DNA of 62,284 nucleotides, counting the filler, from Chiloscyllium plagiosum (Eukaryota), in the NCBI RefSeq assembly GCF_004010195.1. It is 3 parts of one record of this genome, joined end to end, with 100 filler letters (N's around TTAATTAATTAA, not from the genome) between each part and the next. Parts side by side here need not be neighbours in the genome. Positions count along the whole stretch, not along the records: positions 24,889 to 54,163 come from NC_057715.1; positions 54,264 to 62,284 come from NC_057715.1; 1 more part is not named here. One strand, given 5' to 3'. Positions 50,531-62,284 of this stretch are shown here, one piece after another. Both the position numbers and the translations under genes were made by a program. The notes below the pieces were generated by a model. The model worked only from the letters and a program-made list of their open reading frames with translations, did not search any database and was not told the origin of the DNA. Numbering within the stretch: the first letter of the stretch is position 1; every line of letters starts with the position of its first letter.

Positions 50531-52339
50531 GCTGATGATATCCTCATTACACTTCCATTTCTACTCATCCTGTTCAGAACACAGGGACCCTATAGTTACA
50601 ATAGCATGTGGAGCTGCTTTAAAACACCCATTCAATATTTTCTTGGGGAAATAAAAAAATTGCAGTTGCTAACACCTAATATACCCAGATGTTTAAAGTA
50701 TCAATAATAGAAGCCATAAGCACATAGCAGCTCTTCATTTTGTGCAAACACTGAGTCATTGACAAACATGATCGCTACAAATATTGTCACATTATAAAGC
50801 TGGTTCCCAAAATTTTCACTGTACCCCGGGTGGGTCTGTCACATTCTTCCTTTTAAGGGTGCCTGAATTCTCAATGCAGCATGCATAATTGCAGTCAGAA
50901 CATGTGAGTGTGTCCCACTCACATTCTTGTGTTTTATGTTCCTCTCCTTTGCTTGACTATACTCCATGAAAAGTGTTGAAGTACTTAATAATGCTAAAAG
51001 CGCTGAATAAATAAATGCCATTACTTGGATATGTTGGACATATGTAAACTTATAATCACAGAACTGTTAAGGCACAAAAGCAGCTCATTCAACTCATCAT
51101 GCTTGCACCAGCTCTGTGATCATTCTGGCCTGGTGCCAATCTCGATAACCCTGCACAGTATTTCCATTTAAATAGTAAGGGTTTAGCTTGGTAGACTGGG
51201 CAAGGTCCACTAGTGACAAGGACAACTGAATGCTTAATCTCAATTTTGTCATAAAAGAGGAATTCTTGCTTGGAATTGGGGTTTGAGGATGGAGGGGAAT
51301 AGGGTTGAAGGGTTTAAGTTGTTGTGGTGTGTATTCTTTGGTTTGTGCGGAGAAGACTGAACAAAGACTTAATTCAGTGTGCAAAGACATATGTGATATT
51401 ACAATGTATTTGGATAGAAATAATGGAATTAATCTGTTCTGCAATTTGGGGAACTTGCTGGGGTACTGTTAATTTTGCTGAAGGTGAAAACTAATTACTG
51501 AATTTTAAGAGCCATAATCGTGAAATCAGGCAGTGCACAGGGTGGTGACACATGGGTGGTACAACTGTGATTAAACAGATTTTCACAAGACATTTATTAA
51601 AAAAAGGCAACTGCTGAAAAACTAAATAATTCAGTTCATGTCCTCAGAACTTTCCATTTAACTTCATGAAACAACTCCTAGAGGAGCCTCATGCAGAATT
51701 CTACATCTTAATAATTTAGAATGCAATCTATTCAGTAATTCAAAACTTTTAAGTCATCATTCGTTCTTGTCTATTATTAAGCAGCAACTTATTTGATATA
51801 TTTCCTACTTCAATATTTAATGGTTACAGAACTGTTTGTTCAGCTCGTATCCAGAGGATTGACCCCTCAATGGAACTTCAACCAGTAGGAGGTGTTCAAT
51901 AGCTCCTTGTAATAAATAAAGTTTATTCTCCTGAAATTTCTTTGAAGCCAAGAATTAGTAACAAATTAATCTGAGAGCTGCATTCCTAAGGATTCATGGT
52001 TCTCTTGTAGGAATTGCAACACTCAATTTGGAGTATTGCTCATCAACTTCACCTTCCAGCTGGGTTGCTTCTCTCCAAATTATTCAGAGATTATTAGAAT
52101 AGATGATAGATAATTTTGGCTGTTGAACCATTTTAATGAAAGCTAGAACTACCTATACCATTGTACTTGCTGCACAAGATAGCTGGAAAGGTTAAATTAT
52201 TTTTATTTAACTCATACCTTGTAGCATCTTTAGGAGTGATGCAATCAACTGTCAAGACTCTAAGATATGGAATGCCTTTCCTACACCACATTTCTCTCTT
52301 TATTTCTTTCCTTCTGGTAATGACCCTTAAACAGGTGGG

Positions 52340-52570
52340 ATGGTGGCGCAGTGGTTAGCACTGCTGCTTCACAGCACCAGGATTCCCAGGTTCAATTCCA
52401 GCCTCTGTGTGGAATTTGCACATTCTCCCTGTGCCTGCATGGGTTTCTTCCCACAGTCCAAAGGTGTGCAGGTCAGGTGAATTGCCCATAGTGTTAGGGG
52501 CATTGGTCTGGGGGGTTACTCTTCAGAGGGTCAGGTTGGACTGAAGGGCCTGTTTCCACATTGTAGGGAG
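52340..52570 (+). mobile_element. HE1-type V-SINE, internally deleted
   Basis: ggtggcgcagtggttagcactgctgcttcacagcacc head and V-domain pieces. Confidence 0.85.
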
Positions 52571-53841
52571 TTGAAAAAAAAAATCTTGTTGCCTTATCCT
52601 AGTTTTGATTAGCTGTCTTCGTGTTTCCTTCTTTGGCTCAGTGTCATTTCCTCGTTTATCTGATTATGCTCCTGTGAAGTATCCTAATATGTTTTACTGT
52701 AGTAAAAATCATACACCATTACCAGCTATGGTGGCTGAATTCCTATCTGTCTCGAGTGCTACAGGAAAACTGTGGATGACTGCTACCTCACAGATTGCAG
52801 CTCTTGGCCTCCATGCATTTTAAAGCAGGAGGCTTGCTCAACTTGTATCCAAGGAATGTCAGATAATTCAAACAGCACAGGTTAAACAAAAGATTTAAAT
52901 GATTTGGAACAATCTTGAATATTTTTGTTTCCAAAATTGTCAGAGGCGGGTTAACATTTTCCAAAAAGTACTGGCTGCATGGATATTCCATTGATGTCAC
53001 GAGGTAGAGAAAATTCAAAATTTTAAATCCTGGGAAAAGCTCCAGAAATAATGCTGCTCCTCTGGGGAGTGGAATTGACTTAACAGATCAGCTGGATGAC
53101 TGTTCATCAGAACAGAGTAATAGTTCACAACACAATAGGTTTTAAGTATCTAAAACAGGGGAGGGTGTAAAATGAATATAGACTGAGCTCTGTGTTAAAG
53201 GGGGAGGCAAAAGGGATTATACAACACAAGACTAAGTAATGGAATCGATAACCAGACAGGTAAAGAAACAAAAGACGAGTCGACAGATGTGAATGACAGA
53301 TTGAAGAATAGTTGCCATCAAAAAAAATTAAAAATGAGAGTATTCAAGAAATAAACATTCAATAGCTGCAAAGGGAAATGAAATAAAGTAGTGGTAGAGA
53401 CTGCAGTCTGAATCTGCTGAACACAGCATTCAATAGTGAAGACTAAAAATTAAGTCCTATTGTAGAAACTTCCATTGACCTTCCTTTGATGACTGCGAGA
53501 GACCGACTAAAAGCTACTTCTGAAGAAAATTTATATCGGACTTTGTTTTTCTCATCACAGATGCTGCCAGGACTGTTGAGTCTCTTCAGCATTTTCTGTG
53601 TTTGTTGGAGAAGACCAAGGTTAGAGAAGTCAGCATGTAAACAAGTTGAAGAATTATAATGACAAACGACTGGAGGTTTGATGTCACACTTGTAAATCAG
53701 GATGCTCTGCAAAGTAGTCACTCTGTCCATATTTTCATTCCCTCAGTTTAACAGACTGCACAAGGAGGAGCACATTCAATTGAAAGTAGGGCATATCAAT
53801 TACTGTTCCACCTGAAAGGGTATTTTAAACATGGAAAGAAG

Positions 53842-54163
53842 TCATAGAGTCATAGAGATGTACAGCATGGAAACAGACCCTTCGGTCCAACCCAGCCATG
53901 CCGACCAGATATCCCAACCCAATCTAGTCCCACCTGCCAGCACCTGGCTCATATCCCTCCAAACCCTTCCTATTCATATACCCATCCAAATGCCTTTCAA
54001 AAGTTGCAATTATACCAGCTTCCACCACTTCCTCTGACAGCTCATTCCATACATGTACTACACTCTGCATGAAAAAGTTGCCCCTTAGGTCTCTTTTATA
54101 TCTTTCCCCTCTCACCCTAAACCTATGCCCTCTAGTTCTGGCCTCCCCCACCCCAGGGAAAAG
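53842..54163 (-). mobile_element. CR1 3' end cut by gap
   Basis: tcatagagtcatagag tail; ORF 53924..54151. Confidence 0.9.
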
Positions 54164-54263
54164 NNNNNNNNNNNNNNNNNNNNNNNNNNNNNNNNNNNNN
54201 NNNNNNNTTAATTAATTAANNNNNNNNNNNNNNNNNNNNNNNNNNNNNNNNNNNNNNNNNNNN
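54164..54263. other. Artificial gap spacer
   Basis: 44 N + TTAATTAATTAA + 44 N. Confidence 0.98.
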
Positions 54264-54436
54264 CTCTGGATTCATTTAAGAAAGAGTTGGATAGAGCTCT
54301 CAAGGATAGTGGAATCAAGGATTATGGAGATAAGGCAGGAACAGGATACTGATTGAGGATGATCAGCCATGATCATAATGAATGATGGTGCAGGCTCGAA
54401 GGGCAGAATGGCCTACTCCTGCACCTATTGTCTATT
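54264..54436 (+). mobile_element. CR1 3' end
   Basis: Reverse complement of the 24604 subfamily. Confidence 0.85.
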
Positions 54437-55385
54437 GACTGCAGATGCTGGAGATTAGAGTCGAGAGTTTGGTGCTGCATGTCAGGCAGTATCCAAGGAG
54501 CAGGAGAGTTGACATTTTGGGCAAAAGCCCTTCATCAGTAATGAGGCTGTGAGCCAAAGGGGGTGGTGAGATGAATGGGAGGGGGGTATGGGGCTGGGGA
54601 GAAGGTAGTTCAGAGTGTGATAGTTGGATTGTGATGAGGGTAAAGGTAATAGGTCGGAGAGGAGGATGGAACGGATAGGTGGGAAGGAAGATGGACATGA
54701 GGGTGGTGCCAAGATTGGAGGGTTGGAACTGGCATAAGGTGGGGGGAAGGGAAATGAGGAAACTGGTGAAATTTACATTGATGCTGTGGAGTTGGAGGGT
54801 CCCAGGGTGGAAGATGAGGCATTCTGCCTCCAGGCGTCAGGTGGTTAGGGAGTGGTGATAGAGGAAGCCCAGTACCTGCGTGTTCTTGGCGGAGTGGGAA
54901 GGGGAATTGAAGTGTTCGGCTATGGGGCTTTGGGGTTGGTTGGTGCGGGAGTCCAGGAAATGTTCTCTGAAGCACTCTGTGAGTGGGCGTCTTTTCTCCC
55001 CAATGTAGAGAAGACTGCATCAGGAGCAACGGATACAGTAAATGACATATGTGCAAGTGCAGGTAAAACTTTGATGAATATGGAAGGCTCCTTTGAGGCC
55101 TTGGATGGAGGTGAGGGGGGAGGTGTGAGCGCAGGTTTTGCAATTCCTATGATGTCAGGGGAAGGTGCGGGATTGAGGTGTGGGCTCATGGCATGCCTGG
55201 ACCTGACAAGGGAGTCACGGAGGGAATGATCTTTATGGAAAGTGGATATTGTGGGGAGGGACATATGTCTCTGGTAGTGGGGTCCATTTGAGGGTGGCAG
55301 AAATGGCGAAGGATGATGCAATGTATACGGAGGTGCAGGAAGTTGATGAGATGCACTGGAGGGCATCATCAACCACGTGGGAGGA
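54437..55385 (-). mobile_element. Inverted 3' arm of Neptune-like PLE (linker, GIY-YIG, terminal repeat)
   Basis: Reverse complement is homologous to ~57140-58130. Confidence 0.88.
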
Positions 55386-55394
55386 ATTTCTAAA

Positions 55395-58133
55395 AATGAC
55401 GTCACCCCGGTCCCTCTACTACCACACCCACACCAGGTACAGTCTACACCCCCACTCCATCTCCAGTCCTACACCAGGTCCTCGCTCCTAGCCCTGCCGA
55501 GTCTTCACCATCCCTCAGACCCACCCCTCCTCACTGAGGATGAACAATCAGTCCTCAGCAAGGGACTTACCTTCATCCCCCTCCATTCAATGAATTCAAC
55601 GTGCATTGTGACATCGAACATTTCTTCCGTTGCCTCTGCCTCCGGGCTAACTTTTTCCGCTCAGACTCTTATCCACCCTCTGAGGACACCTTCTCCCCCC
55701 TCCAACACACCCCATCCACTTGGACACCCCATGCCAGTCTGTTATCCCACCCTTGACCTCTTTATTTCCAACTGCCACTGGGACATTGACTGCCTCAACC
55801 TCTCCACCCCCCTCACCCACTCCAATCTCACAATGCACAGCCCTCCACTCCCTCCACTCCCACCCCAAATCCACCATCAAATCAGAGGACAAGGGTGCAC
55901 ATTGGTAGGTTGGCGCACTGACTTCTCCATCACTGAAGCCAGGAACCAACTCAAAGACACTTCCTCCTACTGCCCTCTCGACCACAACCTCACCTCCCAT
56001 TACCAAACCATCATCTCCCAGACTGTACACAACCTCATCACCTCAGGGTTTCTCCCACACACAGCTTCCAACTTTATAGTTTGGAAACCCTGCACTGCCC
56101 ACTTCTACCTCCTACCTAAGATCCACAAGCCTGACTACCCTGGCTGACCCATCGTCTCAGCCTGCTCCTGCCCCACTGGTCTCATCTCAACATGCCTTGA
56201 CACTGTCCTATCCTCTCTGGTCCAGGAACTCCCCACGTACGTTCACGACACAACGCACACCTCCAGCTTTTCCAAGACTTTTGTTTCCCCAGCCCCCAAC
56301 ATCTCTTCCTCACGATGGACATTCAGTCCCTATACACTGCCATGTGCCATGACGAGACCCTCCAAGCCCTCTGTTTCCTCCTCTTCTGTCGATTCCACCA
56401 GTACCCTTCCTCTGACAGTCTCATTTGTTTGGTTGAACTGGTCCTCACTTTTAATGATTTCTCCTTTGAATCCTCCCACTAAATGCCGGAGGAAACATCA
56501 CAGAAGCACTTCATAGGAGGCTCCCAAGCATTGAGGATGTCACCTAGACAGGGGACGAAACGTCTGCAACACAAACTCACAGCTCGGCGAACAGAACCAC
56601 AACAACGAGCACCCGAGCTACAAATCTTCTCCCAAACTTTGATCCTCTCACTTCTTCCAGACCGAAGGGGTAGCCGTGGGCACCCGCATGGGCCTCAGCT
56701 ATGCTTGTCTCTTTGTTGATTATGTGGATCAGTCCATCTTCTGTAGTTACACTGGCACCATTCCCCACCTTTTCCTCTGCTACATTGATGACTGTATCAG
56801 TGCCACCTCGTACTCACACGAGGAAGTTGAACAGTTCATCAACTTCAGCAACACTTTTCACCCTGATCTTATGTTCACCTGGTCTATTTCAGATACGTTC
56901 CTCCCCTTCCTGGACCTCTCCATCTCTATCAACGAATACCGACTCAACACTGACATCTTCTCCAAACCCACCGAGTCCCACAGCTATCTGGACTACATCT
57001 CCTCCCATCCTGCCTCCTGTAAAAATGCTATCCCTTATTCCCAATTCCTCCACCTCCGCCGGATCTGTTCCCAGGAGGACCAGTTCCACCACAGAACACA
57101 TCAGATGACCTCCTTCTTTAAAGTCAGCAATTTCCCCTCCCACGTGGTTGATGATACTTTCCAGCCCATCTCCTCCACTTCTCACACCTCTGCCCTCGAA
57201 CCTCATCCCTCCAATTGCGACAAGGACAGAACCCTCCTGGTCCTCACCTTCCACCCCACCGACCTCTGTATACATTGCGTCATTCTCCGTCATTTCCGCT
57301 ACCTACAAATGGACCCCACCATCAGAGATATATTTCCATCCCCATCCCCATCCCTCTAAGCTTTCCGTAAAGATCATTCCCTCCTCGGCTCTCTTGTCAG
57401 ATCCATGCCCCCCACCAACCCACCCGCCCCTCCTGGCACCTTCCTCTGCCACCGCAGGAATTGCAAAACCTGTGCCCACACCTCCCCACTCACCTCCGTC
57501 CAAGGCCCCAAAGGAGCCTTCCACATCCATCAACATTTCACCTGCACTTCCACACATCATTTACTGTATCTGTTGCTCCTGTTCCGGCACCTCTACATTG
57601 GGGGGACAGGGTGCCTACTCAGAGTGCTTCAGAGAACATTTCCAGGACACCCGTACGAACCAACCACACCACCCCGTGGCTGAACACTTCAACATCCCCT
57701 CCCCCACTCCGCCAAGGACATGAAGGTCCTGGGCCTCCTCCATCACCACTCCTAACCACCCGACGTCTGGAGGAAGAATGCCTCATCTTCCGCCTTGGGA
57801 CCCTCCAACATCACGGCATCAATGTGGATATCACCAGTTTCCTCATTTTCCCTGCTCTCAGTTTATCCCAGTTCGAACCTTTCAACTCAACACTGCCCTC
57901 ATAACCTGTCCTACCTGTCCATCTTCCTTCCTACCTATCTGCTCCACCCTCCTCTCTGACCTTTCACCATTACCCCCACTTCCATCTACCTATCACACTC
58001 TCAACTACCTTTCCCCCAGCCCCACCCCCACCCCTCCCATTGATCTCACCACCCCTTCAGCTCACAGCCTCATTCATGATTAAGGGTTTTTGCCCAAAAC
58101 ATCGATTCTCCTGCTCCTCGGATGCTGCCTAAC
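55395..58133 (+). mobile_element. Neptune-like Penelope element, decayed RT + Cys-rich linker + GIY-YIG
   Basis: LTEDEQSVLSKGLTFIP, FYLLPKIHKPD.PG, GTRMGLSYACLF...YIDD, CHRRNCKTC...FTC...IYCI.C, LYIG...FREH...PVAEHFN; ends in family-A repeat. Confidence 0.92.
56481..56641 (+). mobile_element. Family-C (Poseidon-type) terminal element nested in the Neptune RT
   Basis: TSD atcctc(c/t)cact 56470-80 / 56642-52; GCA-TTGAGGA-T-GTCACC-TAGACA-GGGGAC-GAAA-CG-TC-TGC. Confidence 0.8.
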
Positions 58134-59982
58134 CCAAAGTTATATGGTCAACTTTAGTAAACTACTTAGTTCAAGAGTAATTAAGGCTAAATAACAAATG
58201 CTAGCCTTGCCAGAAACACACACATCCCATGAAGGAATAAAATAAAGTCGTGCTTCATCTGAAATGTGCTCATTTCAGCTGTTTTGCCAGAAAACATGTT
58301 TTAAGGGGAAAACCTCAGTCTTCAATTATGTCAAATAAACTGAGATTATTAGACGTTTGATGCATATTCCACCAGAATTTGAGGTCTAATTTAAACCAAA
58401 GTTTCTTTTTTGGTGAAGTAACATTGTATTGTTACATCTAACAACAAACACCAGATGCCTGTTCACCGCTTGCCAGTATGTTGGGCAGCTGACAGTATGT
58501 GAAACATGGCACAGTGTACATGCTTTTGTGCCACCTTTTAATGAGGCAATCTGGCTTGAATTAGGAAACACCTGGGCATATTTTTGACAAAATTTGATCT
58601 GCCATAATGATGGGTATTTAGTTTTTAATCCAATTTTGACATCACTTGCATGCATTATCTCCATCAATTGGTATGGCTGAAAGCTAAACAGATGAGAAAG
58701 TCTGGCTGATAGGATGTTTAGTAACTGCATTGTTTTAATAGTATTGACATTAGATAGTGGAGAGAAAAAAACAATCCACAAGGATACACATTACCCATTG
58801 TTTTTCGGGCATCGAAAGCTAAGATTGTTTGTGATTGAGGGTATTCAGGAAATCTTGTTTGTCCAGAAGATGATGAGGTTATTGAACTTGTAGTTGAGGT
58901 AAATAGTGTTAATATATCTTAGGAAAATCTGCATAAATACGCGAGAGAGGAAAGGATAAAGCAAGATGGCACAAAGGCAGCAGACAAGGTCTGTCACATG
59001 GACCTAGGCTGAATGTAACAACAGGTCCTACTGGGGGAAGGTGACAGTGTCAGTAAGACCTTCAATGATGCATTTACAACCTTTTCTGCACCTTTGAAAC
59101 AATTAATAAAGACTGACTCGGATACCAAGGACTTCTTAATTCTATCCCTGACATATCATCCTGCACTGCTGATTCTCAGGCTCATCACACCCAAATCATA
59201 TTCATATCACAGTGTGAACAGGTCCACAACAAATAAAGTCAGCATGTTACAGTTTATTATAATAGTTTAAATCCCAAGAGCTTACCTGTTTTAGCATTTA
59301 GAATCAGACATGAGAAGCTGGCCCTGATACTAGCTGCAAGGTGAGAAGAGAGAAAGGGGCAGTTTCTGTTGTATTGAAGTGAGCTTCCTATGCCACAATC
59401 ATTTACCACAGTTCTGCATGTTGCTAGGCTGCTACACATCTTGCAGAAAATGGGCGTGAGAGTTGATGAACTTCTGGGTCAGTCTTCCTCACTCAGTCAA
59501 CAAAAACCATAATTTCCCCCCTGGGTTTTACAGCACCAATTCAGGACTTTCACCCTAATTGGTCCTTGCTTGTGTTTTTGCACAATATGAACCTTCTACT
59601 TTATGACAACTTATTGAAATATCTTTTTATCCCTTCTTCTCCCATGTATTTATCTAGATTTTCCTAAGATATGTTAACACTATTTACCTCAACTACAAGT
59701 TCTATAACCTCATCATCTTCTGGGCAAACAAGATTTCCTGAATACCCTGTTATGATGATATTTTGATACATATGACCTCTAATTTTGAACTCTCCACATA
59801 TAGAAACATCGGGTCTACATTAAATGGCAAGATTTGGTCAGAGATTGGGCTTCCTATTATTTCACTGTCTTCTGTCCTGCACCAATTTCAGTAGTACCAT
59901 TACTTTCACCTCTAAGATTCCCAAATGGCATATGCTTCCAATGTGAGTTATCTGTTTCATATTGTTAATTAGTAAGCACATA

Positions 59983-60189
59983 CTCCTGTTCCTTTGATGC
60001 TGCCTGACCTGCTGCACTTTTCCAGCAACACATTTTTAAGCTTAGGTGTAATAATCTGTAATAGTCTGTTCAAGCAGAGAGACAGGGACCGAGTTTATTA
60101 TCCTATCCAAACATAGCATTGCTGACAATGCAACACTCCCTCAGTTCTGCACAAGAGTGTCAACTTTGATTATTACACCTAAGCTTAAA
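59983..60189. repeat. Local duplication: 74-bp inverted copy of 60686-60759 plus 125-bp direct copy of 60583-60707
   Basis: Exact matches by direct comparison. Confidence 0.92.
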
Positions 60190-60314
60190 TCCTGAAAAAA
60201 AATTAAAAGAAACATAACACATTTATTTGAGTGTAATTTTCACTGTAAATCACAGAGAATGATGAACAATTAAGTTTTGAGTTTCAAACAATGGAAAAGG
60301 GAAAAAAAGAAAGA

Positions 60315-61007
60315 TGAATATTTGTACAGATCCTTTCATGACCACCAGTTGTCTCAAAGCACCTACCAGCCAATGAAGTGCAATCATTGTTGTACTGTCA
60401 GAAGCATGGTGGTCAATTTACACTTAGCATACTTCCACATCAGCAATGTGGCAATGGCCAGATAACCTATTTCTTTAATGTTGATTGGGGAATAAGTATT
60501 GACCACGGGTATTTGGTTACATCTATTGATAAATCTCCTGGTCTTCTTCAAAATACTGACAAATACAGAGTTTTTTTTTACATCTGTTCAAGCAGAGAGA
60601 CAGGGACCGAGTTTATTATCCTATCCAAACATAGCATTGCTGACAATGCAACACTCCCTCAGTTCTGCACAAGAGTGTCAACTTTGATTATTACACCTAA
60701 GCTTAAAAATGTGTTGCTGGAAAAGTGCAGCAGGTCAGGCAGCATCAAAGGAACAGGAGAATCGACGTTTCGGGCATAAGCCCTTCTTCAGGAAGATGAA
60801 AGGCTTATGCCCAAAACGTCGATTCTCCTGTTCCGTTGATGCTGCCTGACCTGCTGCACTTTTCCAGCGACACATTTTTAAGCTCTGATCTCCAGCATCT
60901 GCAGTCCTCACTTTCTCCTTATTACACCTAAGGCCAGGAATGGGATTTCAATCCAGATTGTTGTAACTAGAGACAAGACTAAGAGACAAGTGAGCCACAG
61001 TTGACAC
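60315..61007 (-). mobile_element. Decayed Deu-domain SINE (SacSINE1/AmnSINE1-like), interrupted by a PLE element
   Basis: Reverse complement resembles the recalled Deu domain (ttatctggccattgccacattgctg...acttcattggctg...gctttgagac). Confidence 0.6.
60702..60918 (+). mobile_element. Family-A PLE element with inverted partial copy (~90-bp arms)
   Basis: 14-bp TSD ttattacacctaag (60688-701 / 60919-32). Confidence 0.9.
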
Positions 61008-61835
61008 AGACATTCATGTAAAATCAAATCAGACCAAATTCGGAAATGTAAAAAGACTAAATGGTTCATCATTCCATGGTTTCTAATAAACTATTCAAAC
61101 CAATAAACTATTCTCTCCGATTTATCTCTTGAAAGAGGTGAACAGACACAAAACATTTAAGATAAAACTAAGGAAGATTACTCCTTATAGCCTGAAGGTA
61201 ACTGAGCAAAGTTTTAAGATACCAGTGTAGTCTAAATTATTCAATCTTAATGATTGCTTGTCAGAGGAGGTGGCACAAGTTAAATGAATTGAACTACAAA
61301 GCGCAGCCAGCACCACAATGGCCATTATGAGATGAACATCCATGCTGACGGCAATCAAGATCAGATGATACACTTTTCTTCACATTTTTGTAGAACAATA
61401 TCGTAAGAATATTGAGATAATTGTGCCTGGACACAGAAAGGTTAATGAGGTGCTTAGTATGTACAGGAATCCATTGTCGATAGCATCTACCCTTTTATGT
61501 TACGGTTATTACATTATAGTTGTTTCCTTTTGCTTATGGGAAAAGCTCCTCTTTATGAAAGAGACAACAAACTTGTGACCCTTTGGTGACTTTTCTCAAT
61601 CACTCACTTTATGGCCTAATGGCTTTAATTAAACATTTGTAGATAAGGAGCCTGCTGCTATGCAAATGTCACAGACATTCATTCAGCTTCTGTCGCACCT
61701 TTGTCAAAACCAGATGCTGTTTGCTGAGTGCAGAAGAAATTGTATTAAAATGAATCAAAAGAGCAGTTTATCAATTCCATTCCATCTTGTGAAATAATAC
61801 ACTGTGATTGAAATTGATAAGACAATTTTCTGATT

Positions 61836-62284
61836 CAGTATGTGGATGTACCTACGAGAGAAGGTGCAAAAATTGACGTACTGTTGGGAAATAAGGCAGG
61901 GCAGGTGACTGAGGTGTTAGTGGGGGAGCATTTTGGGGCCAGCAACCATAAATCTATTTGTTTTAAAATAGTGATGGAAAAGGATAGACCAGATCTAAAA
62001 GTTGAAGTTCTAAATTGGAGACGGGCCAATTTTGATGGCATTAGGCAAGAACTTTCAAAAGCTGATTGGAGACAGATGTTTGCAGGTAAAGGGACGGCTG
62101 GGAAATGGGAAGCCTTCAGAAATGAGATAACAACAATCCAGAGAAAGTATATTCCTGTCAGGGTGAAAGGGAAGGCTGGTAGGTATAGGGAATGCTGGAT
62201 GACTAAAGAAATTGAGGGTTTGGTTAAGAAAAAGAAGGAAGCATATGTCAGGTACAGACAGGATAGATCGAGTGAATCCTTAGA
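61836..62284 (+). mobile_element. CR1 ORF2 endonuclease end and linker, runs off window
   Basis: QYVDVPTREGAKIDVLLGN...GEHFGASNH; homologous to 30400-30760 (-) and 33460-33515. Confidence 0.88.

Noticed and set aside
48403..50707. Pro/His-rich ORFs
   Set aside because: Products of the 28-bp minisatellite.
58386..58781. 131-aa minus-strand ORF
   Set aside because: No recognisable domain, non-ATG start, no exon-like boundaries.

Overview
Vertebrate genomic DNA, very likely an elasmobranch (shark/ray), inferred from HE1-type V-SINEs, a Deu-domain SINE and abundant CR1 LINEs. The only host gene I can identify is the last coding exon of chondromodulin (CNMD/LECT1, + strand, 11332-11556) with its 3' UTR; no upstream CNMD exon was recognised. 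The rest is mostly transposon-derived: CR1 LINEs of several ages, a Rex1/Babar fragment, Gypsy integrase and LTRs, a Tigger-like MITE, Neptune-like and Poseidon-like Penelope elements (PLEs), two minisatellites and two artificial 100-nt gap spacers. Three things stand out. (1) Two copies of one Gypsy LTR are each interrupted at essentially the same site, one by a tRNA-Ile-headed SINE and one by a LINE 3' end with a homologous tail, suggesting a target-specific LINE/SINE pair that parasitises this LTR. (2) Many short PLE-derived elements carry minimal hammerhead-ribozyme motifs of at least four sequence families, often as long inverted repeats with target-site duplications. (3) A templated inverted-plus-direct insertion lies next to one such palindrome. 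Everything was read by eye; family names come from recalled motifs, not database searches.
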